Shown: positions 1 to 10,075 of the stretch, piece by piece
Position numbering within the stretch: the stretch's first letter is position 1
Layout: every line of letters starts with the position of its first letter
Notes under the pieces: generated by a model
Told to the model about the DNA's origin: nothing
The model's input: only the letters and a program-made list of their open reading frames with translations
Database searches by the model: none
Made by a program: the position numbers and the translations under genes
IMG/VR virus record: IMGVR_UViG_3300023109_000020
Direction: 5' to 3' (one strand)
DNA from: an uncultured virus (IMG/VR IMGVR_UViG_3300023109_000020)
Taxonomy: Duplodnaviria > Heunggongvirae > Uroviricota > Caudoviricetes
DNA: 64,000 nucleotides

Positions 1-5
1 AGGAA

Positions 6-665
6 TTACTTTTTTTTCTTGCCTTTAGCTGCATGTACAGCTTTGCGTTGCGCATCATTTGCGTAACTGCCTTCTTTAGCACTTGTACGCTTTGACGAAC
101 AGCTTTTCTTTTCTGCTAAAGCACGTAGTAACTGTTCTTTAATTGACTCAACTGCCATTGCATTGTCACCAGGCTGTGCTGCTTTATAAGATTTCTTTTC
201 TCTATTAAGGCCGCCTGCTAAGTCTTTAGTTAATGTATGATGATCGGAATATTCTGGATCGCCGTCTGTGTCCATAGGAGTATTTTCCCATTCGTCAACT
301 TCTTCGGCTTCCTCAGTTGGCATAATAGCTGCTTTCATCTTAGCCATATCCATATCTTGATGTGGTTCTGCTGCTACAATTTCTGTGCCCGGCTGCTTAA
401 TTCCAGCTGATTGCTGTATCATTGCAATTAAATCCGATACATTATCTTTACCAGATGCAGTAATGCTTACAGTTACTGGTTGTCCTGGTTGTCCTTGTTG
501 TATCGGTGATTGCATCGGTGTTTCTTCCATTCCGCACTCTTCAACTGATTGGAATGATTCTAAAATCTTTTTCATTTCATTAGAACTTGATGCACCTGCA
601 CCTGAGGTCTTGCCATTATTTGCATCTTCAAAGTTCTTTAATATGTCTAACATGCTGTTGCTCAT
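6..665 (-). CDS. Acidic low-complexity hypothetical protein, possible internal head protein
   Basis: 219 aa ORF, E/D/M-rich, with I/L-x-E motifs (KILES) like T4 gp21 cleavage sites and a basic C-terminus; follows the upstream gene by 2 nt. Confidence 0.5.
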   Translation of the reverse strand: MSNSMLDILKNFEDANNGKTSGAGASSSNEMKKILESFQSVEECGMEETPMQSPIQQGQPGQPVTVSITASGKDNVSDLIAMIQQSAGIKQPGTEIVAAEPHQDMDMAKMKAAIMPTEEAEEVDEWENTPMDTDGDPEYSDHHTLTKDLAGGLNREKKSYKAAQPGDNAMAVESIKEQLLRALAEKKSCSSKRTSAKEGSYANDAQRKAVHAAKGKKKK

Positions 666-667
666 TA

Positions 668-1225
668 TTAACTCCCTACAGCACTTTTGCTGTTTTCCTT
701 ATTATCTATATCTTTACCTTCACCGGTAGGCACATCGCCAACATAGTCAGTTGAGCGTTCTTTGCGTGCAACTTCCAGTTCTTTAAGTAAGTCCATTACT
801 CTATTACCTGCAACCGATTCTTGAGCACTTTCGCCACCTAAGTCTTCTTTAGTTAAAAGAACATCATATTCTGTTTGTTCTGGTTCTTGCTGATACTGTT
901 CTTGCGGTTCGCCGGGTTTACGTACAATAATATAGCTTTGATCAATGCCGCAGCATTTTCCTAAATATTCTTGTAGTATTTGAGTAGTTGTAGGATAATT
1001 AACAGCAACTTCAAAGTATGTAACTTCCATGTTTTGTAGCTGTGGAAAATCTAAAGGACGTTCTTGTATCGGTGTTTTTTTGCCTGCAGACATATTGTCT
1101 ATTTGAAACTTTTCAAGCGCAGAACGCATAGTTTGTTCGCAACTATCTGGTAGCTCGCCAGCAATGCCTATTTTAAATTCATAAACCTTTTTAGATTCTA
1201 TTAATATTTCTGTAAATTTGCGCAT
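668..1225 (-). CDS. Hypothetical phage protein
   Basis: 185 aa ORF with AGGA RBS and a GATAAATA late-promoter motif at 1247-1254. Confidence 0.6.
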   Translation of the reverse strand: MRKFTEILIESKKVYEFKIGIAGELPDSCEQTMRSALEKFQIDNMSAGKKTPIQERPLDFPQLQNMEVTYFEVAVNYPTTTQILQEYLGKCCGIDQSYIIVRKPGEPQEQYQQEPEQTEYDVLLTKEDLGGESAQESVAGNRVMDLLKELEVARKERSTDYVGDVPTGEGKDIDNKENSKSAVGS

Positions 1226-1245
1226 GTCAATTGTCCTATTATATA

Positions 1246-1752
1246 TTATTTATCTTTATCTAAGCCTTTAAGCTTCTCTAATAGACTGTTTCTGTCAGTG
1301 ACAACATAGCCCTGCCCTTCAGTAAAACCACCGTCACCCGGGCCTTTGCCGTTACTGTCCATCTTTTGTTTTTTAAGTTGTAGATCTACCATTTTTAATT
1401 TCTTGTCTAGTTTGGCTACTTTAGCATCTAATGACGTCTTTAGCATTCCTCCGGCGACTTCAAACACTCTACTAGCATAACGACTTTCTACATTCATGCC
1501 TAGGTCCATTAAATCATCATATGCTGACATTGCTTTTTCTGCAACTTCATTAAGCTCTTTATCAGCCATTTCACCTAAGCCTTTTACTTGAGGCAAAGCT
1601 GCGGTAATTTTATCAAACTCGGCTATATCACGCAGAGTGTCGTCTTGGCGCTCTATTTCATGCGCTTTTTGATCTTCTTCTTGTTTCTCTGCTTTGTCTA
1701 TAATATCTTTAGATTCAGGCAAGTTTAAAATATCTTCTAATTTTTTAGTCAT
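1246..1752 (-). CDS. Helical/coiled-coil protein, possibly terminase small subunit
   Basis: 168 aa helical ORF after a late promoter (1779-1786); size and helical pattern fit TerS, but no diagnostic motif. Confidence 0.35.
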   Translation of the reverse strand: MTKKLEDILNLPESKDIIDKAEKQEEDQKAHEIERQDDTLRDIAEFDKITAALPQVKGLGEMADKELNEVAEKAMSAYDDLMDLGMNVESRYASRVFEVAGGMLKTSLDAKVAKLDKKLKMVDLQLKKQKMDSNGKGPGDGGFTEGQGYVVTDRNSLLEKLKGLDKDK

Positions 1753-1781
1753 AGTAACTTTCCATTATATGCTACTATTAT

Positions 1782-2222
1782 TTATCGTCTGCGGCTACCT
1801 TGGTGAAACATATCACCTTCATTTATAACTCTAAAAAAAATGCCCTTCTGTTTACACCAGATTCTTGCTGCTTCCCACTTAGCTTGATTAACTATCCAAT
1901 GTGCTTGATTAGCTCGGCTCTTGCCTAATTTTTCTTTTATAGTTTGATTTGCAGGTTTGACTTCGATCAGTTCTACACGCTGTTTACCAGTCTTATCACC
2001 GTATGTAATAAAGAAATCTGGCACGTATATAGTTTGCTTACCTGTTAATGGATTTCTGTAAGGAATACGAATTGCTTCACTTGCCCATTGCTCGATACTC
2101 GGATGCTCGTCACAGAACTTCATAAAGGTAAATTCCCAGCTACTTCGATATGTAGGAGTTTTATTTCCTACATATTTGGCAGGATTTTTTAATGTAAATT
2201 TTCCTTGTGCAAACCTAGACAT
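1782..2222 (-). CDS. Head completion nuclease (T4 gp4-like, TnsA-type PD-(D/E)xK)
   Basis: Motifs QGKF..KNP.KY.G, YRSSWE, W.SE...IPY, YVPDF, LIEVKP, NQAKWEAA. Confidence 0.9.
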   Translation of the reverse strand: MSRFAQGKFTLKNPAKYVGNKTPTYRSSWEFTFMKFCDEHPSIEQWASEAIRIPYRNPLTGKQTIYVPDFFITYGDKTGKQRVELIEVKPANQTIKEKLGKSRANQAHWIVNQAKWEAARIWCKQKGIFFRVINEGDMFHQGSRRR

Positions 2223-2234
2223 ATTAACGTAAAA

Positions 2235-2606
2235 TTAATCTGTGATAATATTTCGAGATTCAATTGTCGAAACATTTCTCACTCGTTTAAATCCAACAGC
2301 ACTTGTTCGACGTCTATTATAATTTAAAATTTCAGCAACTATACTGCTTAGTTGTATTCCTGTGTATGTCTTTAAGGTATCGATTAATTTAAAAACTGGA
2401 ATCTTTTCTGCTTTTGATTGAGATAGCAAAGCAGTACTAACCGAAACCGCAGCACTGTTGTCAAACCCTCTTGATTCAAAAAATGATATAATTGCTGTTA
2501 AGTCGTTATCAGCAAAATTGATAGGCTTATTATAATACGTGTCAAAAAATAGCTGTACGCCTTGATCTGATCTCTTTGATATATTTGGAATAGGTAAACT
2601 GCTCAT
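2235..2606 (-). CDS. Hypothetical protein (tail/baseplate region)
   Basis: 123 aa ORF overlapping the upstream gene by 4 nt. Confidence 0.55.
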   Translation of the reverse strand: MSSLPIPNISKRSDQGVQLFFDTYYNKPINFADNDLTAIISFFESRGFDNSAAVSVSTALLSQSKAEKIPVFKLIDTLKTYTGIQLSSIVAEILNYNRRRTSAVGFKRVRNVSTIESRNIITD

Positions 2607-3814
2607 AATGCACCTTCTAATATTTGTTTTCTATACTCTTCTTTTTGTGTTTCTGGAAGAGTATCCCAAGCGTTAAATAAGTTGTTTATGCCAGAACCGC
2701 CATTTTGCAAGAACTGATCTTTAAATAATTGTAATGCTAACAAGTCTAATTTTTTAAAATTATTTTGTAAATCATCTTTATATAGATATAAACTAGTAGA
2801 CGTGTTATTACTTGTAGTTGCCGTTGACGGCACAGATTGTGTAATTTGTTGTGTTCCTGAACCGTTTATAGGTATAGAAATATTGTCTAATCCTCCAACA
2901 ACTTCGCTTGCTTGCTCTGTCGACCTATTAAGATTACTAAACAATGAGTTTGCGCTCTGTAATGGTAAGTTATCATTAAACTCTACATTGTTGCTACTAG
3001 ATCTGTTATCAGTTACATTAATATCAGTACTCAAAGATTCTGGATCTGTAACTGCAATTGGACTAGGTCTAGTGTCATAGAACACAGTTCCGTACCCTAC
3101 AGGATTTCCGTCAGACCCAACTTCAACAGTTCCTCTATCATAATGCACTGCTTCGTATTGTACTGTAATAGTATTTTGCATGAAAGTTGATCCGCCTTCG
3201 CTATCTACAGAATCATGTTGCCAGTTAGTAATAATAGGATTTACTAAGGTATAAGTTGTATACAAAGACCTAGCCATTTGACTTATCTGTATGTTTCTAA
3301 AAAACGGAACACTGAGATTATTATCTAAACCATACCTGTATTGATTTCTAGCAGAACCTTTATATGTTGTATCACCATCTAGTTTGCTATAAGCACCCGG
3401 AGTATCGCCATACCAAGCGTCTGCATAATAAAATCTATAATATGCTTCTAATAAAGCAGTAGTTACACCATGATTATCATCATGAAAGGTTATAGTAATA
3501 GGATCGTAAACAATGTTAGTTTGTATATTCTTTTTACGATTATATTTGTTTTTAGTTTCTACATTAGCTGTAAACTTAGGCAAGTCGGCACTTTTAACTA
3601 ACATGCCAATTTCAATACCGTATTTTTCAGTTAAAGATTGAACTATATCGCCTACACTAGGATCTAGTGCAAAAAATGTATGATAAAGAAACTTAGTTTT
3701 AGGTGTAAATTTAAGATTATTATTTAGATAAAGACGCTGAGCATGATTGTAATCTCGTAGAGTTACAGAATCTCGATTTGCGTTTAAATTATCTGAATAT
3801 GCATTAGTAGTCAT
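2603..3814 (-). CDS. Tail-tube-fold baseplate protein (gp48/gp54-like tube initiator)
   Basis: N-terminal half resembles the tube fold (LVKSADLPKF, YDPITITFHDD, YTLVNPIITNW, ITVQYE); directly follows the tube gene. Confidence 0.65.
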   Translation of the reverse strand: MTTNAYSDNLNANRDSVTLRDYNHAQRLYLNNNLKFTPKTKFLYHTFFALDPSVGDIVQSLTEKYGIEIGMLVKSADLPKFTANVETKNKYNRKKNIQTNIVYDPITITFHDDNHGVTTALLEAYYRFYYADAWYGDTPGAYSKLDGDTTYKGSARNQYRYGLDNNLSVPFFRNIQISQMARSLYTTYTLVNPIITNWQHDSVDSEGGSTFMQNTITVQYEAVHYDRGTVEVGSDGNPVGYGTVFYDTRPSPIAVTDPESLSTDINVTDNRSSSNNVEFNDNLPLQSANSLFSNLNRSTEQASEVVGGLDNISIPINGSGTQQITQSVPSTATTSNNTSTSLYLYKDDLQNNFKKLDLLALQLFKDQFLQNGGSGINNLFNAWDTLPETQKEEYRKQILEGAL

Positions 3815-3852
3815 ACAAATATTTATCCAATAATATAATGTGCGTAGATAAT

Positions 3853-3879
3853 AAAAAAGGAGCCCTAAGGCTCCTTTTT
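3853..3879. terminator. Intrinsic (bidirectional-type) terminator after the tail tube gene
   Basis: AAAAAAGGAGCC-CTAA-GGCTCCTTTTT hairpin with A and T tracts. Confidence 0.9.
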
Positions 3880-3898
3880 GTTAGTTTGTTAATTACTC

Positions 3899-4525
3899 TT
3901 ACGAGCCGCCGCCAGTAATTAAACTGCCGTTGCCTCTTGGTACACTTACTCCAATACCACCTGATGAATCAGTTTGCACTGCGTTATCATATTGGATTTC
4001 TAATGTAACAGTTACTGGTTCATTGTTTTGATAAGCAAGTGAGTTATAGTTTGCATTTGTAATAAAGCAACCATATAATTCAAATGTTTCAAGTACGTTT
4101 GGTTCGTATACGCCATTGCCACCGTCTAAGATTTCAATACGTGTTACAAACTTATAATCTTGACCAGATACTGGACTTGATTGTTCCATAAAGTCGAATT
4201 GCTTCTGTAGCTGTTCGCCTACAAGTTTTTGTACTGCATTGTTTACATCTTCACGTAAGTTAAGTGTAATTGGTGACCAAGTATGCTTGCCTGCTAAGTA
4301 TGCTTTTGAGTTGTATGCATGTATTTCCATCGGTTCGAATGCAACCGTCGGACGTGTAACGTCTACAACTTGTTTTGTTAGTTCCGTTGTTGGTGTTGAC
4401 ACACCAAAGTTTTCCAGCGACACTCGAAAGCGATACTGGAGCTTCGGCATCAACAAGCCTTGGCTAGCAGCAGAATCGCCGCTAGCTAAAGGAACTGTTA
4501 TTTTTGATAATGATGAGATTGCCAT
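3899..4525 (-). CDS. Tail tube protein (T4 gp19-like)
   Basis: PKLQYRFRV, YLAGKHTWSPITLNLRED, FELYGCF, TLEIQYD; directly downstream of the sheath gene. Confidence 0.9.
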   Translation of the reverse strand: MAISSLSKITVPLASGDSAASQGLLMPKLQYRFRVSLENFGVSTPTTELTKQVVDVTRPTVAFEPMEIHAYNSKAYLAGKHTWSPITLNLREDVNNAVQKLVGEQLQKQFDFMEQSSPVSGQDYKFVTRIEILDGGNGVYEPNVLETFELYGCFITNANYNSLAYQNNEPVTVTLEIQYDNAVQTDSSGGIGVSVPRGNGSLITGGGS

Positions 4526-4554
4526 TTAGTTTGCTCCTAGTTCAATAGTATTTA

Positions 4555-7500
4555 TCATCCTGCTGTTCCACCTATCTCGCCAGTATTCTTAAGTCTTAAT
4601 GGAATGTAAATAAATTCAATTGACTTAACTGGTTCAATGGCAATGTCTACATAAAGCTCGTTACGATCAACTCTTGCAGGTGTGTTGTTTGTTTCGTCAC
4701 ACACTACTAGGAAGTCATAAAGTGCTCTCTGCCCAACAAGTTCTAGCAGTAAACTTTCTACTTGCTGTTTCATCTCGTCTCTAGTGATTTTATCATTAGG
4801 TTCAAAGATATATGGTTTAGCAAGCTGATTAAGTTGTGAACGTAAGTAAATTACCAAACGTGCAACGTTAATTCTGTCTAGCGAGCTTGCTCCTCTTGCA
4901 CGAGTTTTCTGTCCAAAGTTAACAAGTCCTGCACCTGTAATAAACGTAATTGGGTTAACGCCTTGTGCATATAATGTATCTCTTTGTCCTTCGTTAAGTG
5001 CTACACTTACAAATTCGCCTTCGCTATTAATATAGCCTGTTGAACTTGCATTGTTAACTCCGCCACGTCTTGTACCTGCTGGTGCAAACCATGGATAGCT
5101 AACTTGATCACTTAGTGCAATAGTACGTAACATCATGTGACTTGGTGGAACTACAACGTTGTTGCCAAAGTTGTCGCTTGTAAATCCCCATGGATAAAAC
5201 ATACCTAGATATTCGTCATTAGTAACTAGACCGTTTTCGTTGTCTTCTACTGCAACACGAACGTTAGTTGCCCAATTGTTCAAGCTAGTTGCATCTGGTG
5301 TTAGCCTTGCTGGACTATCACCAACAACAAATCCTGTTAGTCCTCTGTCAGCGTTTAATATAACCATTTCGCCAATAAGTTCTGAATATCCTGGACATGC
5401 AATTAAGTTAAATCTACGTGCATCTTCATTACGAATTTCATCGTTTGAATTGACAATTGCTTGTAGTTTTTGTACAACAACTTTTCTTTGTGCTTTACGC
5501 CCAAATGTTCCTGCACCGTCTTCTTGGTTAGCACTTTCAGTAACCCAACGGTTACGTGCATAGTTAGCCATTGATTCGTCGCCGAATCTTACGTTAACAT
5601 CAGTATTGTCAATATAATTAACTTCGTAACGCTTAACATTAAATCCGCTTCTGCGAGTGTTAAACAGCAATGTGCCTTTTGGATATAATGCAGGATCTGG
5701 ACAATCTGAGTCTACATAGTTAGTTGTAAGTAAAGTACTAATTTTTGCTGCTGTTGCTCCTGTTGCTCCTGTTGAACCATATCGTGCATCAGCAAATACA
5801 ATACCATTTTCAGTTGTTTGATCACTGTTGTCAATTAAGTCCCAACGATCTAGTATTGGGCCTTTGTATTTGTAAATTACAGGATAATTATCTAAATCCG
5901 AAGTATCAATCCATAAATCACCTGCTACAAGATCTGTACCGTCTGTTTGTTTTGTTGGTCGACTTGCACTTACGATTGGACCGTTAGTATCTGTACCGTT
6001 TACTGCATTATAAGCAGGACTTGTTGAATCTTTATAACCTACCCAAATACTGCCATTATTAACCATAATGTCAACTTCGTCAACAATTGAATTATACCAT
6101 AATGCACCCTGCTCGGCTGTTTCAGTCGGTGCGTTTGGTGATGCTTTGTGGTTTAGTACTTCCCAATTGCTTGCACGTAATTGTTGCGGCGTTGTGTCGC
6201 TAGATGTGCCAGGTTCGTATGATACAAAACGTGTTCCTGCTCCACTTGACATAACATATGGTGAAATGCCTAATGCTGTTAGTGCAGGAGTAGAACTAGA
6301 AATGGTATCAGTTAATCGAATTTCACCGCCTTGGCTGTGAGTAATTATAACTTTACTTCCGCTAACGCTTGCACTAATGTACGGGATATTTGCACTTGTA
6401 ATTGCACTTGCAATACTAGTTGCAGTATCTGCAGCGGCGCCTTGTCCTGTAAACTGAATTAAGCCAGATACATCACTACTAAAAGTAGCAGAACCTGGAG
6501 TCGATGACTCAATAACTAATTCAAATGCGTTACCATCTGGAAAGTTTGCTAGCGTAATGTCAGATGTTGTAATAGTAGTTGATCCAACTGACGCTCTTTT
6601 AAAGATTTTAAATGTTCCTAGTGGATCGTCGTCGTTAGCAACATTGCTTAGAACATATAAATCGCCAATTGCTAAGTTTGCTCCGCCGCCCGTTCTATCT
6701 AATTCAACTAAAGCTGATTGTGCAGAATCGTAAATTGGTGCATCAACAGAATCCCAAAGTTTTGTTTCGTCATTCCAAATCTTGACTCTCCAACGTGCTC
6801 CTGCATTTGGTGTTGTAGTTTTTAACCATACACTTCCTGTAGGACGTCCATTGTAACTAGTGCTACTTTTATATGTATCTGGAATTTGTGTGTGCTTGCT
6901 AATCTGTACAGCTGGAAGTAAATATTCTTCTGCATCAATAGCTAAAAAATCAAGTACTGCTGTGTCTGCGTTAGTACCTGCTGCAAATGTTAATCTATCA
7001 ACATTAACTCCGTCATTATAAAGTGCTAGTTCACCATTTAATTCAGTAGCAGTTACGCCCGAAATTACTAAGTTATTAATAGTAGTAACAATGTCTGCAA
7101 TAGTATCGCCGGTAGTAACAGTAACTACAGTGCCATTAAGTACAAATGTACTTGAGCCTTGTTCTGACGAATCTTCACCAAATGTAGCGCCAATTTTAGA
7201 ACTTACTACACTTGGAATTGTTTCTTTCCAAGCGTCGGTTCCTAATTCTACCCAACCAGTTGTAGCTCTATACCAAATAGTTTTTAGTGTAGTTACAGAA
7301 ACTACAGCGTAGTCGCCTACTGCTCCTACTGAACCTTTTGGAGTATAATTTGCGTTATCAAAGTCTTGTACTAATGTCTCGTCTGTAATAACAAGTGGAA
7401 TTTTGTTAGTAAACGTCTGTCCGCGTGTTACTGACTCAGGTGCATTATTCCATTCTTGGATGCCATACACTGAAGCTGTAGTATCTAACCAATAAGTTCC

Positions 7501-7896
7501 TGCATCAGGATCTGCTGTTGGTACATCTACTCTCGGAACAAGCTGTCCTAAGTCTAAGTCGGCTCTAACAACCCATGCTCTGTTACTTACGCCTAAATAT
7601 GAATATGCAGCGTGTAGCCCGTATTCGTTAAGTTCTGAGCCATGAATTGCGTTGTTGCTTGCGTCTGTTTGGAAAAGTGGATCGCCAAATGTTTCAGCTA
7701 GGTCACGTTGTGATGTTAACAAGTATGGCTTACCAGCATTTGCTGCTAGCGTTCCTACTGCTGTGCCTGTGCCCGAAGCATTTAGTTTGTTTTCTTGCGA
7801 TGCAACAAAAATTACTGGTACGGTGCCTGGTTCTGCCGGTGTGTAAAAACTTTCGTCTATTACGCTAACCTGTACACCTGGTGATACTAATGCCAT
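4555..7896 (-). CDS. Contractile tail sheath protein (T4 gp18-like), enlarged (~1113 aa)
   Basis: Starts MALVSPGVQVSVIDES after an AGGGAG RBS (start moved from 7941 to 7896); C-terminal PWFAPAGTRRG, LYAQGVNPI, DRINVARL, FEPND, IEFIYI sheath motifs. Confidence 0.95.
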   Translation of the reverse strand: MALVSPGVQVSVIDESFYTPAEPGTVPVIFVASQENKLNASGTGTAVGTLAANAGKPYLLTSQRDLAETFGDPLFQTDASNNAIHGSELNEYGLHAAYSYLGVSNRAWVVRADLDLGQLVPRVDVPTADPDAGTYWLDTTASVYGIQEWNNAPESVTRGQTFTNKIPLVITDETLVQDFDNANYTPKGSVGAVGDYAVVSVTTLKTIWYRATTGWVELGTDAWKETIPSVVSSKIGATFGEDSSEQGSSTFVLNGTVVTVTTGDTIADIVTTINNLVISGVTATELNGELALYNDGVNVDRLTFAAGTNADTAVLDFLAIDAEEYLLPAVQISKHTQIPDTYKSSTSYNGRPTGSVWLKTTTPNAGARWRVKIWNDETKLWDSVDAPIYDSAQSALVELDRTGGGANLAIGDLYVLSNVANDDDPLGTFKIFKRASVGSTTITTSDITLANFPDGNAFELVIESSTPGSATFSSDVSGLIQFTGQGAAADTATSIASAITSANIPYISASVSGSKVIITHSQGGEIRLTDTISSSTPALTALGISPYVMSSGAGTRFVSYEPGTSSDTTPQQLRASNWEVLNHKASPNAPTETAEQGALWYNSIVDEVDIMVNNGSIWVGYKDSTSPAYNAVNGTDTNGPIVSASRPTKQTDGTDLVAGDLWIDTSDLDNYPVIYKYKGPILDRWDLIDNSDQTTENGIVFADARYGSTGATGATAAKISTLLTTNYVDSDCPDPALYPKGTLLFNTRRSGFNVKRYEVNYIDNTDVNVRFGDESMANYARNRWVTESANQEDGAGTFGRKAQRKVVVQKLQAIVNSNDEIRNEDARRFNLIACPGYSELIGEMVILNADRGLTGFVVGDSPARLTPDATSLNNWATNVRVAVEDNENGLVTNDEYLGMFYPWGFTSDNFGNNVVVPPSHMMLRTIALSDQVSYPWFAPAGTRRGGVNNASSTGYINSEGEFVSVALNEGQRDTLYAQGVNPITFITGAGLVNFGQKTRARGASSLDRINVARLVIYLRSQLNQLAKPYIFEPNDKITRDEMKQQVESLLLELVGQRALYDFLVVCDETNNTPARVDRNELYVDIAIEPVKSIEFIYIPLRLKNTGEIGGTAG

Positions 7897-7931
7897 GTTT
7901 ATCTCCCTGTTGGATGTATTTGTATTACTTG

Positions 7932-7939
7932 TATTTAGC
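7932..7939 (-). promoter_or_regulatory. T4-type late promoter variant (GCTAAATA) for the sheath gene
   Basis: Matches the NNTAAATA motif found upstream of most structural genes in the window. Confidence 0.6.
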
Positions 7940-8006
7940 ATCTACTCTAAAAATCATAGCAGTAATACCTCTGAAAAAGGGGCCGGAAAGGTGAGGTAAA
8001 TACAGT

Positions 8007-8342
8007 ATGAGACCATTATGCAAGTGCGGCCACCGTCCAGCTGCTATAAATTATAAAAAAAACGGCAAAATATATTATCGAAAGCTATGTGAGCGTTGTT
8101 CACGTAACGGTATCGGTCACGGTATTCCTAAATGGAAACAAAAAGGTTATGAGAAAAAAGACACTTGTGAGAAATGTGGCTATAAGTCAAATCATTCTGA
8201 ACAGTTTAATGTGTTTCATGTTGACGGTAATTTAGACAACTGTCGTTTCAGTAATTTAAAAACTATATGTGCTAACTGTCAACGAATAATTCAAAAAAGT
8301 GGTGTGAAGTGGAAACAGGGAGACTTAATCCCCGACTTCTGA
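8007..8342 (+). CDS. Zinc-finger/HNH-like protein
   Basis: CxC, CxxC, CxxC motifs and HVDGNLDNC...NLKTICANC (HNH-like). Confidence 0.7.
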   Translation: MRPLCKCGHRPAAINYKKNGKIYYRKLCERCSRNGIGHGIPKWKQKGYEKKDTCEKCGYKSNHSEQFNVFHVDGNLDNCRFSNLKTICANCQRIIQKSGVKWKQGDLIPDF

Positions 8343-8849
8343 TGCACTGTAAGGATCAATGTGTTCAATAAGTTGAGCTAAGTTAAATTCCAATTCTTCG
8401 AGTGTTCCGTTGTTGTCAATAGTATAATCTGCCATCCATTGCTCTAAGCTCATAGAGTTTTTGCTTTCAGGAGGAAGATGATCACTACGATCTACCCAAA
8501 TAGCTTTATCAAAAACTCCAGTATTCTTCATTGCATTAAATTCACGCTTGTTACGTAAGCCGCAGTAGATATCATGTGCTTTGAATATTTCTCTACCAAG
8601 TGTGCCAGCATCAGGTACATTGTAATCACAAATAGCTTCATACCATTCTTGACGATGGTTATGTCTATCAGCATAGCACTGTTCTTCGTCGATGTATCTG
8701 TACTTGTCTTTTAGATCATTATAGATAAACAATTTACTACAGAACTTGCTGCTGCTTTCAAAACTATAACCATACTTATCACGGAGAATTTCACACACCG
8801 TATCTTTACCGTGTCTGCCGTGTCCAATGACTAGTAGTTTTAGTTTCAT
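8325..8849 (-). CDS. Deoxynucleoside monophosphate kinase-like P-loop protein
   Basis: N-terminal LLVIGHGRHGKDT P-loop and C-terminal DYTIDNNGTLEEL typical of phage dNMP kinases; AGGAG RBS. Confidence 0.7.
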   Translation of the reverse strand: MKLKLLVIGHGRHGKDTVCEILRDKYGYSFESSSKFCSKLFIYNDLKDKYRYIDEEQCYADRHNHRQEWYEAICDYNVPDAGTLGREIFKAHDIYCGLRNKREFNAMKNTGVFDKAIWVDRSDHLPPESKNSMSLEQWMADYTIDNNGTLEELEFNLAQLIEHIDPYSASEVGD

Positions 8850-8871
8850 ATTGTTCTCCTATAATTATACA

Positions 8872-8899
8872 ATTATAACAGAAAATATATATTTGTCAA
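8872..8899 (-). promoter_or_regulatory. Sigma70-type early promoter
   Basis: Minus strand TTGACA-16 bp-TATAAT with extended -10 TG, upstream of the dNMP kinase-like gene. Confidence 0.8.
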
Positions 8900-8901
8900 C
8901 C

Positions 8902-9147
8902 TTAATTGTATCCTAGATTAGCAACATATGTCATTTCTTCAGATAATAGTTCAGCTTCTCGAGCCTTGTATGCTGCTTCAAATCCTATAGCACCATATTC
9001 TGCTCTTTCAGTATTATTCCAAAGTCTTTTAAAATATGAATCGTATAATTTTTCAACAGTAGCATCTGATTCGCTTCTGTCAATTAATTGGCCTTTGACT
9101 AACCAGTTAAGTCGATTGGCTTCTTTGCGCACAAATGGACTACACAT
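8902..9147 (-). CDS. Small hypothetical protein
   Basis: Start moved to MCSPF at 9147 based on a GGAGG RBS; TGTAAATA motif at 9170-9177. Confidence 0.6.
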   Translation of the reverse strand: MCSPFVRKEANRLNWLVKGQLIDRSESDATVEKLYDSYFKRLWNNTERAEYGAIGFEAAYKAREAELLSEEMTYVANLGYN

Positions 9148-9261
9148 TATGTACCTCCGTGTTATATTGTATTTACAATATAACAAAATGTTGGCGCTAA
9201 CGTTGGTGTTTTTTAAGTCTTTGAAATCATTGGATTATTTTTCTTCAATGATTTCAATGAG

Positions 9262-10014
9262 TTAGCCAATAGTAAATCCGTAACCTACTCCGCCTGCAAC
9301 TTGTTGAATAACATCTTGTTCAAGTTTTTCCATTTCTTGCATTGCTTCGTTTTTAAGATCGTTACCGTTGAGAGTAGATCCGCCTTGTGGTCCAGCAATT
9401 GTAGCAAACTTACTACGTGCTTCGCCTAGCATATATTTGCAACTTGCAAGGGTATAATCTTTAATCCACTGCTGTGCTTGATAGTCAACAAGTAGTTGTT
9501 CGTCGGGTCTATAATTGTAACACATTAGCAAAAGATTTTCGTTTGTTCTTGGACGCTGTAGTAGTGTTATTTTTTTAGTAGCACTATTCCATTTAAATTC
9601 AATAAATGAACCAAACATTCTGCCTACTAGTTCTTGATATTGACTAAACATATCATACGTTGCAAGTCCGCCCATATTACTACCCGATAACAAGTATGTA
9701 TTTGTGTATGCCATATTAAACGGTTCGAACATCGTTCCGCCATCGCCGCCGCCTGTGCGCGACCCAATGCTTCTACGGAATATTTTACGAACTTCTATAA
9801 CCTCTTTTGGAAGAGTATATTCATTTTGATCTTCACTTGTTTCTAAAAACACATACGACTCTTCAACCGAGTTATCTGAACGTTGTCTAAATTTTGAAAG
9901 AGCTTTTGCAAGGGCTGTTTCGTAATGTATTGGATCTAATTCAACATCCACCATGCCTCCGCCTAAAAATGCAGTAACGTAATCAAATATTTCTTGTTTT
10001 TGTGTAATTGCCAT
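9262..10014 (-). CDS. Neck protein (T4 gp13-like head-tail adaptor)
   Basis: LGGGMVDVEL, WIKDYTLA..K..LGEARSKF, GPQGG.TLNG motifs; start moved to MAITQ at 10014 (GGAGA RBS). Confidence 0.85.
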   Translation of the reverse strand: MAITQKQEIFDYVTAFLGGGMVDVELDPIHYETALAKALSKFRQRSDNSVEESYVFLETSEDQNEYTLPKEVIEVRKIFRRSIGSRTGGGDGGTMFEPFNMAYTNTYLLSGSNMGGLATYDMFSQYQELVGRMFGSFIEFKWNSATKKITLLQRPRTNENLLLMCYNYRPDEQLLVDYQAQQWIKDYTLASCKYMLGEARSKFATIAGPQGGSTLNGNDLKNEAMQEMEKLEQDVIQQVAGGVGYGFTIG

Positions 10015-10030
10015 AGAAGTTCTCCAATAG

Positions 10031-10052
10031 TATTTATCGTGAACGATAAATA
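10031..10052. promoter_or_regulatory. Palindromic back-to-back divergent late promoters (GATAAATA on both strands)
   Basis: TATTTATCGT-GA-ACGATAAATA, a perfect 10 bp inverted repeat between the divergent gp13 and gp14 genes. Confidence 0.8.
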
Positions 10053-10075
10053 TGTATAACAATAGGAGAATAGCT

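Noticed and set aside
8007..8342. HNH protein as an intron-encoded homing endonuclease
   Set aside because: Free-standing and short; neighbouring genes are uninterrupted and no intron structure is evident
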